A stretch of DNA of 62,814 bases, filler included, from Rhabdomonas costata (Eukaryota), in assembly GCA_019059605.1 (NCBI GenBank). It is 16 parts of 16 records of this genome, joined end to end, with 100 filler letters (N's around TTAATTAATTAA, not from the genome) between each part and the next. Parts side by side here need not be neighbours in the genome. Positions count along the whole stretch, not along the records: positions 11,833 to 15,667 come from JAHMHO010000491.1; positions 15,768 to 19,604 come from JAHMHO010000492.1; positions 19,705 to 23,539 come from JAHMHO010000493.1; positions 23,640 to 27,471 come from JAHMHO010000494.1; 12 more parts are not named here. One strand, written 5' to 3'. Position 1 is the first letter of the stretch. Every line of letters begins with the position of its first letter. Position numbers and translations under genes: made by a program. Below the pieces are notes generated by a model. That model did no database searches and had not been told where the DNA came from. It worked only from the letters and a program-made list of their open reading frames with translations. Positions 12,869 to 24,314 of this stretch are shown here, in pieces.

Positions 12869-13536
12869 ATGGGGTATCTGGGTGAGCCGGAGGGTGATCG
12901 GGGTGAAACAGAGAGACAAGAGGAGAGAGGTCCACGAGGAGCACGAAAGCCAACGAAAAGCAAGCCAGCAGTCTGCGATGGAGGAATGCAAACGGAAGGT
13001 CAGCCTAAAGTCAGCACAAATGGCGTCGAGATGACAGAAGGTAACGAGCCTTGCCTCCGCTTCCTCAAGAAAGCGTTCCCCTACCGCACGCAAGTTTTGG
13101 TAATGACCTGAACAACACCAACCCCGCCTGCGTGGAAATTTGCAAACCGTCGGAGTCGTGTGGCGCCTTCTGCCACAATTTCAGCGTGGTTGGGCCACCT
13201 CCCGCACCCCATTAAGGGCCACATTCAGCACAATACATTGAACCATCCAACTTCCTTTCGCTTTTGCAAAACAAAGTCAACAAAGAATGCAACGTCCAGG
13301 AGTTCGTGCGAGAGTGGGAGCAACGCATCTGCGTTGCATCTGTGAACCTCCATTTTCTTCGCGGTTCAAGACAGCAGCAGCAGAAGAAGAAGACAGAAGT
13401 GGCTCTTTTTCTCCATCGTTACCAAGTGTCGGACCTTGACGATCTTGGAGGCAGATGGCCTGCGGGATGCCACCCGATCGGACAATCAGTGGTGCACGAT
13501 CTGAACAACTCTGAAGCCAATCTGGTCACGTACTGA
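12869..13536 (+). CDS. Small hypothetical protein, exons 12869-13099 and 13300-13536
   Basis: ATG, phase-0 GT-AG intron, TGA; no recognisable domain. Confidence 0.5.
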
Positions 13537-14168
13537 GCGGCTCATGCCACCCGCACGGAGGCATCCATTCCAGTGCAGAGCGCAGGCAGCTGCACTGAAG
13601 CTCTCTCCGTCCCACATATCCCCACGCGAACTTCAGTTGTCTTCGCTTCGCCCGATTGATCTGGAGAGGATGGGTTCCCCTTTGCCGATGCCCATGCCAT
13701 CCTGGGTGTGCTGTGGGCAATCCCAACGTCCCCCTCGGATACGCACCAAAGCGCACCGAAGACGACAAACCCTCATTCGTGACCTTTAAGAACTGAGTTC
13801 TTTCGACACCTTTGTGCGGTGCAGCGAGAGGTTTGTCAAAAGAATGGTTGTTTTCGAACCACGCGGTGAGCATAATCATGTGACTGTGTACACTGAGCGG
13901 GACCTGGCCAGACCCAAAGTTCTTGCTTAAAGACTGTCACACGCATAACAATCCGTGCGATGTTCTGACCCATGGTCTGTTAACACAACTTCCACAAGAG
14001 AAAATTTACCCAGACATCATCACTGAAGCGACTGAGAGATGATTACCCCGAGCGACTCAAGAAAGTGTAGAATATGCTCGTATGTTTTGTGTTTAAACAT
14101 GTTTGTTGCGCAACGTTGTCTACAAATGGCAGGTGGGCACATCCCCGATACACCGCTACCTCTGCTAA

Positions 14169-15470
14169 TCATATTACCGGTGTCACTAAAACCCGAAACC
14201 CGAACCCAAGGCTACGGATGAGGCCAACGGTAGGTTTTGGTGCCAGGGCTGGGGTCACCAGGATAGCGCCCCCGAATCCCGCAAACCGCGCTCTCATCTG
14301 CTCCACCGCATGGGCGCACGCCGCAGAGGCAGCCGCGGGGTATCCTGGTGCAAGCTCGGCTACAGCGCGGGCCAGAAGGGCTCGCACAATGCTCTCACCA
14401 TGACCGGTTGTCGAGACGGCCCCCAGTCGATCGTCGGCGTATCCCCCACAGCCGAAAATGGGGCTGTCGCCCACACGGCCGGCCATTTTAAAAGTAATCC
14501 CGCCGGTGCTGGTGGCAGAGGCGAGGTGCCCGTGAATGTCCAGAGCCACAGCGCCCACAGTGTCATGACGGAAAAGGCCTTTCCCAATGCTCGGTTGAAA
14601 GGGAGGGTGAGAACAACTCTGGTGATCGAGCGAGAAGTTCTGGCAAAAAAACAACCCAAGATCTGTCAGTGGCTGGCCTATTCACCTCCACCTGACCATA
14701 CACAGCCAGATTTCGAACAAAGTGTAGCGGGATTCAGTGCGCCTATAAATTATCTTGAATAAGACAAAAAGTGTGCCTTTGTTGAAGTTAGGCGGCGGAA
14801 AACTCGTGCACATGTGCGGTGAAGGAAAAGCAGTTTGAGTGCTGACCATAACCCGGTGTCGACGGCATGCCCCTATCCGATTTGACGTGTTTGGAGTATT
14901 CACATCCTTCCTCCCCAAACGAGCCTCGTCCGGCCAGCTGCTCGTGGTGCTGCTGCTACTCGCAGGGTTCCCAAACTCACTCTCCACCACCGTTCCATAC
15001 TCCCGCATACGCGCCCAATCCTTGCGCGCGGCCTCAGTCACCAGCTCCTCCGTAGAGGCTCGCCCTGCGGACGGGACCTCTGCGCAGAACCGCCTCGCGC
15101 CTTCTCCGGCCAAAAGACAGTGCGGGGTCCGCTCCATGACAGCCCGGGCCACAGTGATGGGGTGCCGCACTCTGTCCACTCCGGCCACCGCACCGGACTT
15201 CAGAGTAGAGCCGTCGACAATCAGGGCATCCATTTCCACCTCTCCCTCGCAGTTTAGCACAGAGCCCGTGCCAGCGTCAAAACAGGGTCGGTCCTCCAAA
15301 AGGCGGACGGCATGTTCCACGGCATCTGTAGCGGAACCACCGCGCTGCAGCACTGCCAGCCCTGCAAGGGCAGCGTCCCGGACCCCCTGAAGGTTGGCCG
15401 CGACATCGGCATCGGGAATGGCCCAAGCCCCGCCGTGCACTGCTATGGCGACCCGCTTTGAGGGATTCAT
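14169..15470 (-). CDS. Isoaspartyl peptidase / L-asparaginase (type 2, Ntn hydrolase, ASRGL1-like); exons 15470-14981 and 14578-~14169, 3' end uncertain
   Basis: [36 protein letters not shown]; the splice gives [15 protein letters not shown] with the nucleophilic Thr, then [16 protein letters not shown] and STTGHGE. Confidence 0.93.
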
Positions 15471-15767
15471 CGTAATTCAACAAATATTGCAGAAAAAGGG
15501 GCTTATTTGAAAGTAACCGTGCTCTGATACCACAGCGATAAAAAGCAAAAGCGAAAAGAAGTTTAATGTGAGTTCAAGCAACGCTACCAACCACTCCCAG
15601 CCAAAACAGATGTGTTGCCTTCTAGAGTCCATCCAGATTTCATTGACGCCGCATTGCCAACCACACANNNNNNNNNNNNNNNNNNNNNNNNNNNNNNNNN
15701 NNNNNNNNNNNTTAATTAATTAANNNNNNNNNNNNNNNNNNNNNNNNNNNNNNNNNNNNNNNNNNNN

Positions 15768-17450
15768 GGGTGGTGGGTCCCACCCCAGTTGGAACCATGT
15801 CGTCACGAACATCATCACCCACCGCGCCGCGCGGGCCACCTGGGGTGGGACCCAGCTCGACTTAGCCTCCACCCGCTTCACCGCCAAAACCCTGCCCTGC
15901 ACCCCAATGAGCTTCTTCAGGTCATACTTCCGCTTTCGGGGCAACGCCGAGCCGCTTAGGGATCGACGGCGGGGACCTAGGGATCCCCGTCGTCCCAGCG
16001 GATCATCACTAGGGCACCCCGACCCCGAGGCATCGGACCTCCGGCATCGCGAGGGGCTTCGGGACCGCGCGGCAAGGGAGCTGGTGCGGAAGATTGGGCC
16101 GGAAGAGGAGCGGGGAATGGTGCAGGCCGGAAGTTGAAGGGGATCCTCCATCGATGGCACAGGCGGGGGCTCTGGAATCTGAAACGGACCTGCACAGATA
16201 ATTTATTATTATTTTCATGTCTTTCTCTCTAGTGAATGCACTGGAAACAACCAAGGGAACCAAATCGAAGTGCACGGTTTGCGTGCAGTAATGATCTGGA
16301 TTGTTTACTCCGATGCCGTACACCGGAATTCACATGCTGGCTACTCAAATGTTAAGCGTACAGTACAAAGGAGAAACTGACGTTCAACTTAGCAACACCG
16401 AAAGGTCCTCACACTGTTTGGGTTGTTCTCGCTAACGCTCCAGCCAACGAAACAAATACACAAGCAAAGCAATTCGGGTGTTCATAGGTCTTGCCGAAAA
16501 AAACAGACCGATTCAGAAAGGTATATAGCATTGCCTGTCGGACATCGACAAATAGGGATTGACGCATCGAAAAAAGAAAAAGAAAAAGAGAAACTCGGAC
16601 ACACCGACAGAGGTCGGAGGGAGGGCCAGCTTCTTCAGAATGTGGATCGACTTCGGTGAGCCTGCGGTACCGGCCCGATCCGGAGAGGCCATCGTCAAAG
16701 TAATCATATCCGAAGCGTTGCACGGCATCAGAGCATGAAGCGAGGCTGCGACTGCGGTCCTGCACCTCGGGGCACGGGGAACGGACATCCCCAACCCCTC
16801 CTCCGATGTGCGGTGGCCTGAGAGTGACTGGGATCCTTGCAGACGTTGTCCGGTGCCCTGCAGCTCAGGGGAGGACTTCAGCTGTTGTTCACTTGCCGTT
16901 GGCAGGGATACAGGGGCGTTAACCTCTGCCTCGCCACCACAGGCAGGAACAGTCTCAACGCTCTTGACGCCACCCTGCATGTCCTTTGAGCGCGGACCAG
17001 ATCGGTTCCCACCAGATAACTGCGTAAAGTGCATCGAAAGCACTTCCGAAATCTCCTCCAGCTGGTCGCAAGCGAGTTGCTGGCGCCCCATAGACTCCTT
17101 CAGCAGAACCCGCTCTTGCATTGCCCGAGCCTGCGCCTTGGCTCTAGCCTGGAGCTGCCCCAGCAAAGACCCCATGCAACGGGTCGAGCCCACGTAGCTG
17201 TCCTCAAGCCTGGCGATGTGCTCAAGGAGCTGAGGCACGCTGGGGCTCAGTTCTGGCGAGCTGGAGAGGGTTGCCTGCAAAAACTGAGGGGAGCTGTCCT
17301 GTACCAAGCCTGCCACAGCACTCTGGCAGCGGGAGAGGGCGGTTAGGGCAGCCTCGGGGCTGGCGGAGGACCTCTCTAGCTCCTGCTGCAGCAGTGCGCA
17401 AAGGTCACGGGCTGCGGTCAAGAACTTGGAGGGATCCTGAGCACTGCCTG
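15768..17450 (-). CDS. Uncharacterised coiled-coil / Ser-Pro-rich protein, exons ~17450-16605 and 16189-contig start
   Basis: Long open frame with Q/E/L heptad-like stretches; phase-1 GT-AG intron 16604-16190 joins the two frames. Confidence 0.6.
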
Positions 17451-19705
17451 CTGGAAGGGAGCACCCCGTTTCGGTGGAAACCTAAGGGGACGTTAATGTG
17501 CCGTTGAGGGGTGGGGAAACCACAAATGCGTTTCTTTGTGCAGGGCTGCTGTGGTGTGAATCAGTGAATCAATGGAACGACCAAAAGCTGCAGCCCCCCA
17601 TCCTTCAATACAACCTCTAATGCATCCATACACATCTGGCACGTGGCCGATTCCCGAGCGTTTTGTACTCATAACAACAGTGTAGCCCCCCCCTTCCGCA
17701 ACTGAACCAAAAAAAGTAAAAGTCCTGAGGTCGACATAAAATGCGCCTGTGCAAAGCAGTCGTAGCTATCTTCGGAAGTTACAAAATACCTGTGCACATC
17801 TGCACAGTCTGAACAGCTGTACCGCATCATAGTGCGACGCACAGCTGTTTCAGACCTCCCTGCTGATACCTTTGAAGCATTTTTTTTTGGTGGAACACCG
17901 ACTAAGGGGAAGCCTCCCCCAGCGTGTGCCGAATGCTGGCGTTTGGGGATGTCTGATCAGCAACAAATCAAGGCCCTGCAATGGGGAGTGGGAGAGCAAT
18001 TGGCACACACACACACACCAGCAAAGTGGAGGACACTGTTGAGACGCAAGGCGGGGAGCGAAAGCCCTCTCCATTGACACCGTCTGCAGGCGCACCTCCG
18101 GCGGGGGAGCACGGGGGAGGGGATAAACAGTCTGGCGAGCTGCAATCACTTCTCAGGTCCGCCGCGGCTAAAGTCCTACCACGTACACAAACGCGACAAG
18201 AGCAGGTAGACTCCCAATTTTATCACCGAAAAAACCACAAGAAGTGAACACGTGCGATTCACGAAACAAAAAACAATGAGGATTAGGAATTGGGGATTCC
18301 TACATCAGAAAAATCAGGAGGAGTTCGGTTCCGTGAAGAGGAGCCGAAGCACAAAGCAGAACCTGGCAATGGTACTAGTCCGGTAACTGATGGCAGCGAT
18401 AGGCAACGCATGAAATTGTGGTTGGAATGGTTTGTAAGTGGTCTTTTGATGTGCCAATGGGCCGATACATTGCCCAGTCACAATGGTGATCAAGAAGGAA
18501 ACGAGGGGAAAAATTGGGCTGGAGTTACAATCCCAAAGAATGAAGAGACGAGGGTATTCAGTGGGCAGATGCGGACTCCGGCCTCCAGCCTCCAAGCAGC
18601 TGCGGCTGCAACACGCCCCCCCTCCCACGGCCAAAGAAAAAACACGTCAGTTACCCTGAAATTTCGTCCATGAGTCGAGGCGGAGTGGAAGAACCTCAAA
18701 ACATGACCCTCTGGGCGTGACACGCTCGAAGCTTTGTATCACGCAAATGCGCACACAGGGGTTCGGATGGGGGTGAGAGAAAAACCAAGGCACCCCGCTG
18801 TAAAAGAAAATACCAATGCAAGTGCTAGAAGACGCAGCGCGCGCCTCACCTGGTTGCCCTAGAACTCAATTAAGACCACAAAGGAGTCATGAGGAACCCC
18901 TGCCTTTTTCAGCTGACACATCTGCTGAGAGCCTCACTGCGCTAATTGGTGCAAAGTTCTGTGTGAATTCCTGCACCCAAACAACTATGACACGACCAAA
19001 AATTCAACTATGCGACGGGTAGGTTCACTGGATTTCGTCTTGTGCACTATGAAAAGCGTCCAAAGGTGTTAGTGCCGCAAAAACGGTGCCTGGCGGATTG
19101 CGCGTATTGGTTTTTATTGTCATTCCCTCTTTCTCTCCAGCACGAGAACAGAGCTTTTTCTCCCCAACAGCCTTCGACCCTGGCAAGGACTGGGTGCCCC
19201 CTGTTTAGAGTGCGCGGTGCTGAATAAGCGGCCTTCATTATGTGTGCATTGAGTGCATGATGTGCTGCCTGTTGTGTGACTGGCCATTGGTGACAGCTGT
19301 TGAATGACAATGGCTCACGCTTGTTTGACTACGGAAGTACGCACCGTACCATGGGATACATTGTGAAATTTGTGTGTGTGTATTGTGTGTGTGTGCGCGA
19401 TGTGGAGATGTGAGCCTACTGTGGACATGGAGGGGGGTGGGGGCCAGTTGTACTGGTCCCCACTGCTCAATGATATAGCCCGTTTCATCTCAAAAGCAAG
19501 AGTTTTCCACACAAACATTAAACTGTCAGAACTCCAAGAGAAATTGCACATCAAAATGAACAGCTTCCTTCAGTCCTTAAAACAACCCCTGTTAACGAGC
19601 GGCANNNNNNNNNNNNNNNNNNNNNNNNNNNNNNNNNNNNNNNNNNNNTTAATTAATTAANNNNNNNNNNNNNNNNNNNNNNNNNNNNNNNNNNNNNNNN
19701 NNNNG

Positions 19706-20569
19706 GGGTGTTGGGGGGAGGGAGCATCACTTTACTTGGCACGTCGTGCAACTGATCTGGATTATCTTCAGCTCGCAGAAAGGGAGGTGCTTCTGAGCTT
19801 TGCCGTTGCCCGGGGTTCCTTGGCAGTTCTCAAGCGCACGACAAACTGGTTGTCCGAACTTGTTGTCATCCGGGTGAAGTTGATACACCTTGGTGTTTGC
19901 ACTGGACAGTCCGAGGTCCTGAAGTTTCTGCTTGAGGCTTTCAAACCCCTGGATCTGAATGCGCCGGAGTTCAGCCTCGCTGGGCAGCCACTTTTGCATC
20001 TGGCGGCACGAGATGGCCACGATCGCTGTGTTTCAGTGCTGTGCGAGTACGAGGTCAACGTGGACAGCTTAGATGAGGAGGGGCGTACAGCATTGTATCT
20101 TTCTTCTCGTTTCGGCCACGCTGAAGTTGTCGAACAACTGTGCGAGCACCTCGCCAGCATAAACATCACTACGTCGTTTGGAGACACCCCCCTTTGTACC
20201 GCCTCAGGGAGCGGCTTCCACGGCGTAGTGCAGGTCTTGGTGCAGCACAAGGCTGACCTGAATAAACCCAAAGGGGACGGCACCACTGCGGTTTTTGTTG
20301 CTTCCCAATACGGTCACCATGACACCGTTGAGCTGCTGCTACGCTCCAAAGCTGACGCAAATCAAGCCAGAGATGATGGAACCAATCCCTTGCTAATTGC
20401 TGCCTCCAATGGTCATGCCGAGGTTGTTGATGTATTGTACAAGTTTGGTGCTGACCTGTCCGTTAAGGATGCTCAGGGATTAACCGCTTTGGAAATGGCG
20501 CAGAGTCGTGGCCACCGCACTGTGGAGAAGTTTCTGCAGCAGAAACTATCCCGGTTTAGCATTGAGTGA
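19706..20569 (+). CDS. Ankyrin-repeat protein, 3' part (open to the contig start, no intron in this segment)
   Basis: About six G.T.L..A...GH..VV..L repeats (GRTALYLSS, GDTPLCTAS, GTTAVFVAS, GLTALEMA). Confidence 0.92.
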   Translation, partial: GCWGEGASLYLARRATDLDYLQLAEREVLLSFAVARGSLAVLKRTTNWLSELVVIRVKLIHLGVCTGQSEVLKFLLEAFKPLDLNAPEFSLAGQPLLHLAARDGHDRCVSVLCEYEVNVDSLDEEGRTALYLSSRFGHAEVVEQLCEHLASINITTSFGDTPLCTASGSGFHGVVQVLVQHKADLNKPKGDGTTAVFVASQYGHHDTVELLLRSKADANQARDDGTNPLLIAASNGHAEVVDVLYKFGADLSVKDAQGLTALEMAQSRGHRTVEKFLQQKLSRFSIE

Positions 20570-21640
20570 TCTTTTGATGTTGTGCATGACATGCGCGTTG
20601 CGTATATTGAGCGATGTACCCTGCCAATTGAACAACATTGTTCTGGTTTGAGTGTCATGCTGCCTTTGTTCAAATGCGTTACGGCAGTCCTTGTAAAGTT
20701 ATCGGGCTAGCGAAGCCTTCAAAATTGGGGAGAAAGGAAGGAAGGATGCTACCAGCAGTTTTGCAATGATGCACGGAGTTTCAATCTATGAAGTGTTCAA
20801 CTTGGATCAATGTTATTTCTGCATTGGCGGCGCACGTGTTACTATTGTTTCTTACATTGTCAATCATCGCCAGTTTCACTTTTCTTTAGTATCTCGGCGG
20901 GCTTCCGTGTGCGTGTACTGGAGCACGTTGTGCATTGCACGGTTTTATTCTTTGACTTAGGGATAGTTGTGTCTGTTTGTTCGTGTTTGTGTATGTTTGT
21001 GCGATGTAAAGACAGAAAAGAAACACACACACACACACGTGAAGGAGAGCGATGGTGGAAAGAAAAGCTGCCCCTAACCTAAAACCCGCGCAGCCTGGGT
21101 GCTCGCACGGAGGGTCCTGTAGCTCTGTTGTCAGACGTGGGGGTGCCGATTCGGGTTTAGAAGCCGACGCGCGTGTCCTCTGCAACTATGTCCATGATTC
21201 GAGTTTCTTGCAGCCGTCTCATAAGTTGACGCACAGGTCATTTGCACTGCAGGTTTTTTCTAAATTTTATTCGCCGACTCCGACTTATATTGCGAGCACC
21301 GACTGTAAATCCCAAAAACAGGAGCCGAAAAGAAGACACCAAGAACTGGGGCTTATCCTGGGACTCATCCGCTGGCACGGCGGTTGCAAGGCCTGCCCAG
21401 CATCATAGACAAACATTAGCTTTTTTGCAGAGTGGTAAGACATCTCCTATGTCTCATTCTTTTAGCATCTGCTCTTGTGCCCCTTTTTATTACTTGGTTA
21501 GGGGGCTGATCCGTATTCCACGTGGCTTCACAGTTTTTTGCACACCACACGTACTACCGACGCCTTCCTAGGCTGGGTAGTACCAGCCCCGTGAACGCTT
21601 TTCGCAGGTTAGGGGTGGAGGGTGGGCCAGTACAGTCCTC

Positions 21641-23440
21641 ATGGTGAGAACATGCGGCGTGATGGTCGTACGACCTCTTTGGCGAGCTTGGGGCCGCGCA
21701 CTGGTCACTGGTCAACGAAGGCCTCTCACCGGTTGGGTGACTTGCCGCGCCGCGAGCACCTCCGCCGTCTCGCACAGCCAGGATGAGCCGTACACAATGA
21801 CCTTCCTGAAGGAACCCGATGGGCTGGCCAAGCGTGGTTTGTTAAGAGAGTGGGGAGGACAGGGGCAGAGATGATACCGTGCTGGTCTGATGGTCTATTG
21901 TTTTGAGCTGTGCAACTATGTGATGGGATTTCGGGGAGACGGATCTGCCGTGAAATACTTTTTCATCTTTTTGTGTGTCTGTTTGGTTTGTACTTATTGC
22001 CCACTGAATTTCACTCTGACGTCCCATTGTTTGTTTGGGATAGTGCCGTGATCAACGGAATCCCTGCAGTTTGGGATAGTGCAGTGATCAACGGAATCCC
22101 TGCAGAGTGAGTGGGAAGACCAACCGGCGCGTCTATAAAGTGTTACTCGAAACGCGTCCTTGTCCGCTTGATAAACCGGGCGTCTGGGGAGCGTGGGGGA
22201 AGTGGGCTTGTCAAGTGATTTATGTGGCTCATCGAACTCCTGTGCTGCTCTCCGCTTGTGAGGAGAAGCCTTCTGTGATTGCTAGTGCTCCGATGGCTGT
22301 AATTTGACTCTTTTTTCCCTTCGCAGGGCAGCGTGCGGCTCAAGTCTGCAAGCAGTGCCTGGCGCTGCTCGGCAGTGGGCAGGTGCAAAGCGCACGGCAG
22401 ATTCTGCGGGTGCTGGACACCATGTCCAACGAACTTTGCCTTGTCCTGGATGCCGCGGGGTTTGTGGGCAACCTACACCCCGATGAGCGGTTTGTGCCCG
22501 AGCTCCCCCACTTACTCTCGCTCAATCGGAAACCCTTGAAGAGGTTTGATTTAGTTGACACATTCTGCATCCACACCTGGCCTCCCTCTCCCTTGACTTT
22601 CTTGTCTGTCGTGCGTGCCGCTGGGTGATCTGAGGAAGCACGAATGACTTTTCTGACTTTTCACGTTTTTCTGGTCCACTTTCCTCCACTATCTCGCATT
22701 CCGGTAAACAAAAGGTACGCTGACTCTGCCCTACAAGCATTCTTGGAGCTAAACCATTACATGAATGTGCTGAACACGGACCGCACCCTTTTCGACCATG
22801 TGCTGAAGATTCTGGAGCACCGCGACACGCTCACCCCGGAGGAGATCCGGTACGCGTGTTTGTAGTGCACTGAGCACATTGCGGTGTGGCGCTTCAGAGC
22901 GAAGCGTCTTTGACGATTGCGTTTTCCATCATCGGATTTAACAAAGTCAAAAAAATAAGTTCGGGGCAAGCACTCAGACAACCAAAACGGGGCCTGTTCC
23001 TCTGTCTGGGCTTTCTCAAGAGGCTCGAAGAGGATGACATCTTCCATCGGTGACAGGCTTTCATGGTATTAACATCTGTGGTGACAGCCCAGCTCAGTCT
23101 GACAGGAGTTGGCCAATCACGCCATCGACGTGACCCCCTCAAAGAATTTGAGGTCCACCATGCCGCATCACAAATTCAAAAAAACCAGGAGATGGCACAC
23201 AGACCGCACTGTCATTTCTTTGCCGCTTGCAGTTGTGCAGAGGTGTTCAAGCACGACATGTTGAACAACGGGATCCGGCTCCCCGACGCCCAGCGAGACG
23301 GGATTGCCAACGTCCGCTCGCAGATCGAGGAGCTGTGCTCCTCCCTGCTGGCAACGAAGCACCCCCAGGGCCGCCAGCAGCGAGCCCAGACCCTGGGCGC
23401 GATCCGGCAGCAGAGGCACCACCTCGCGACAATCCTGCAG
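21641..23440 (+). CDS. MIPEP: Mitochondrial intermediate peptidase (M3A), 5' exons 21641-21836, 22327-22489, 22715-22849, 23233-23440
   Basis: Arg-rich acid-free presequence; LDTMSNELCLVLDAA.FV.NLHPD, YMNVLNTD..LF and F..D...NGI.LP match the MIP/Oct1 N-terminal region; phases consistent. Confidence 0.82.
22033..22104 (+). repeat. Intronic tandem duplication, 2 x 36 bp
   Basis: GTTTGGGATAGTGC(C/A)GTGATCAACGGAATCCCTGCA twice, 1 mismatch. Confidence 0.9.
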
Positions 23441-24314
23441 GCAACTCTGCCTGCTACATTTGTGCCGATAGAGATCCACAAGAGAGTCACCACATGAGAG
23501 TCAATGCTACCCAAGATAAACATTGTTGGACACCCAACANNNNNNNNNNNNNNNNNNNNNNNNNNNNNNNNNNNNNNNNNNNNTTAATTAATTAANNNNN
23601 NNNNNNNNNNNNNNNNNNNNNNNNNNNNNNNNNNNNNNNGTTGTTGGGTTAAAGGAGTGGGTGGAAACTTATCCCAACAGCCTGGTAAGGGTATGATCCG
23701 GTGTTCCTTTTTTTTTGCCGTCCTGCTCTCTGAGCCATCAAACACCACTCAAATATGACTGCTTTGTGAATCCTTTGGAAAGAAACCCGCAGAACCACTT
23801 TCGGGCGGGTGGAAATTTTGGACAAACAAACAAACAAATTGCTCTTTCGGGAGGGGTGGGAGATCCCGGGGGCAGTTCTGGATGACAGCTCCCCTCACTT
23901 TTCGTCCACATGTTTGACCTGCTTTTTGCTTCTGAGCAGGCGAAAGTTCTCGAGAAAATGTGGACACAGGTTTCGGACAGCAATCAATGCAACTTACATC
24001 GGGATAGGAGCCCCCTGTAGCTGGCAGGGCGCGGACGTGGGGGTCTGGACGCAATACACCGCAGAAAGTTTTTTTTTGCCTTGGTTTGCATGGTTTCCGT
24101 GATGCTCTTCCTGTGACGATTTGATCGCATTGCTTCTTCCGGCATAGGGACTGAAAGGAAAGCAATGGTTATGAAATGCGAACTTCTCACTTGCACCGTA
24201 GTTTATGTTGACGTCTGGCGTCTGAGAACCTTGCCACACAGTGCTGCCGTTTTGGTTTTTTTGTGCCCCTTTCCAGAAAGGTCTACTTTTAAGAAATCGG
24301 CACTCGCTTTCAAG

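Noticed and set aside
14682..14980. Long Ser-rich extension or frameshift in the asparaginase ORF
   Set aside because: Intron read-through; the GTGAGT donor at 14980 and the AG at 14580-14579 restore the protein
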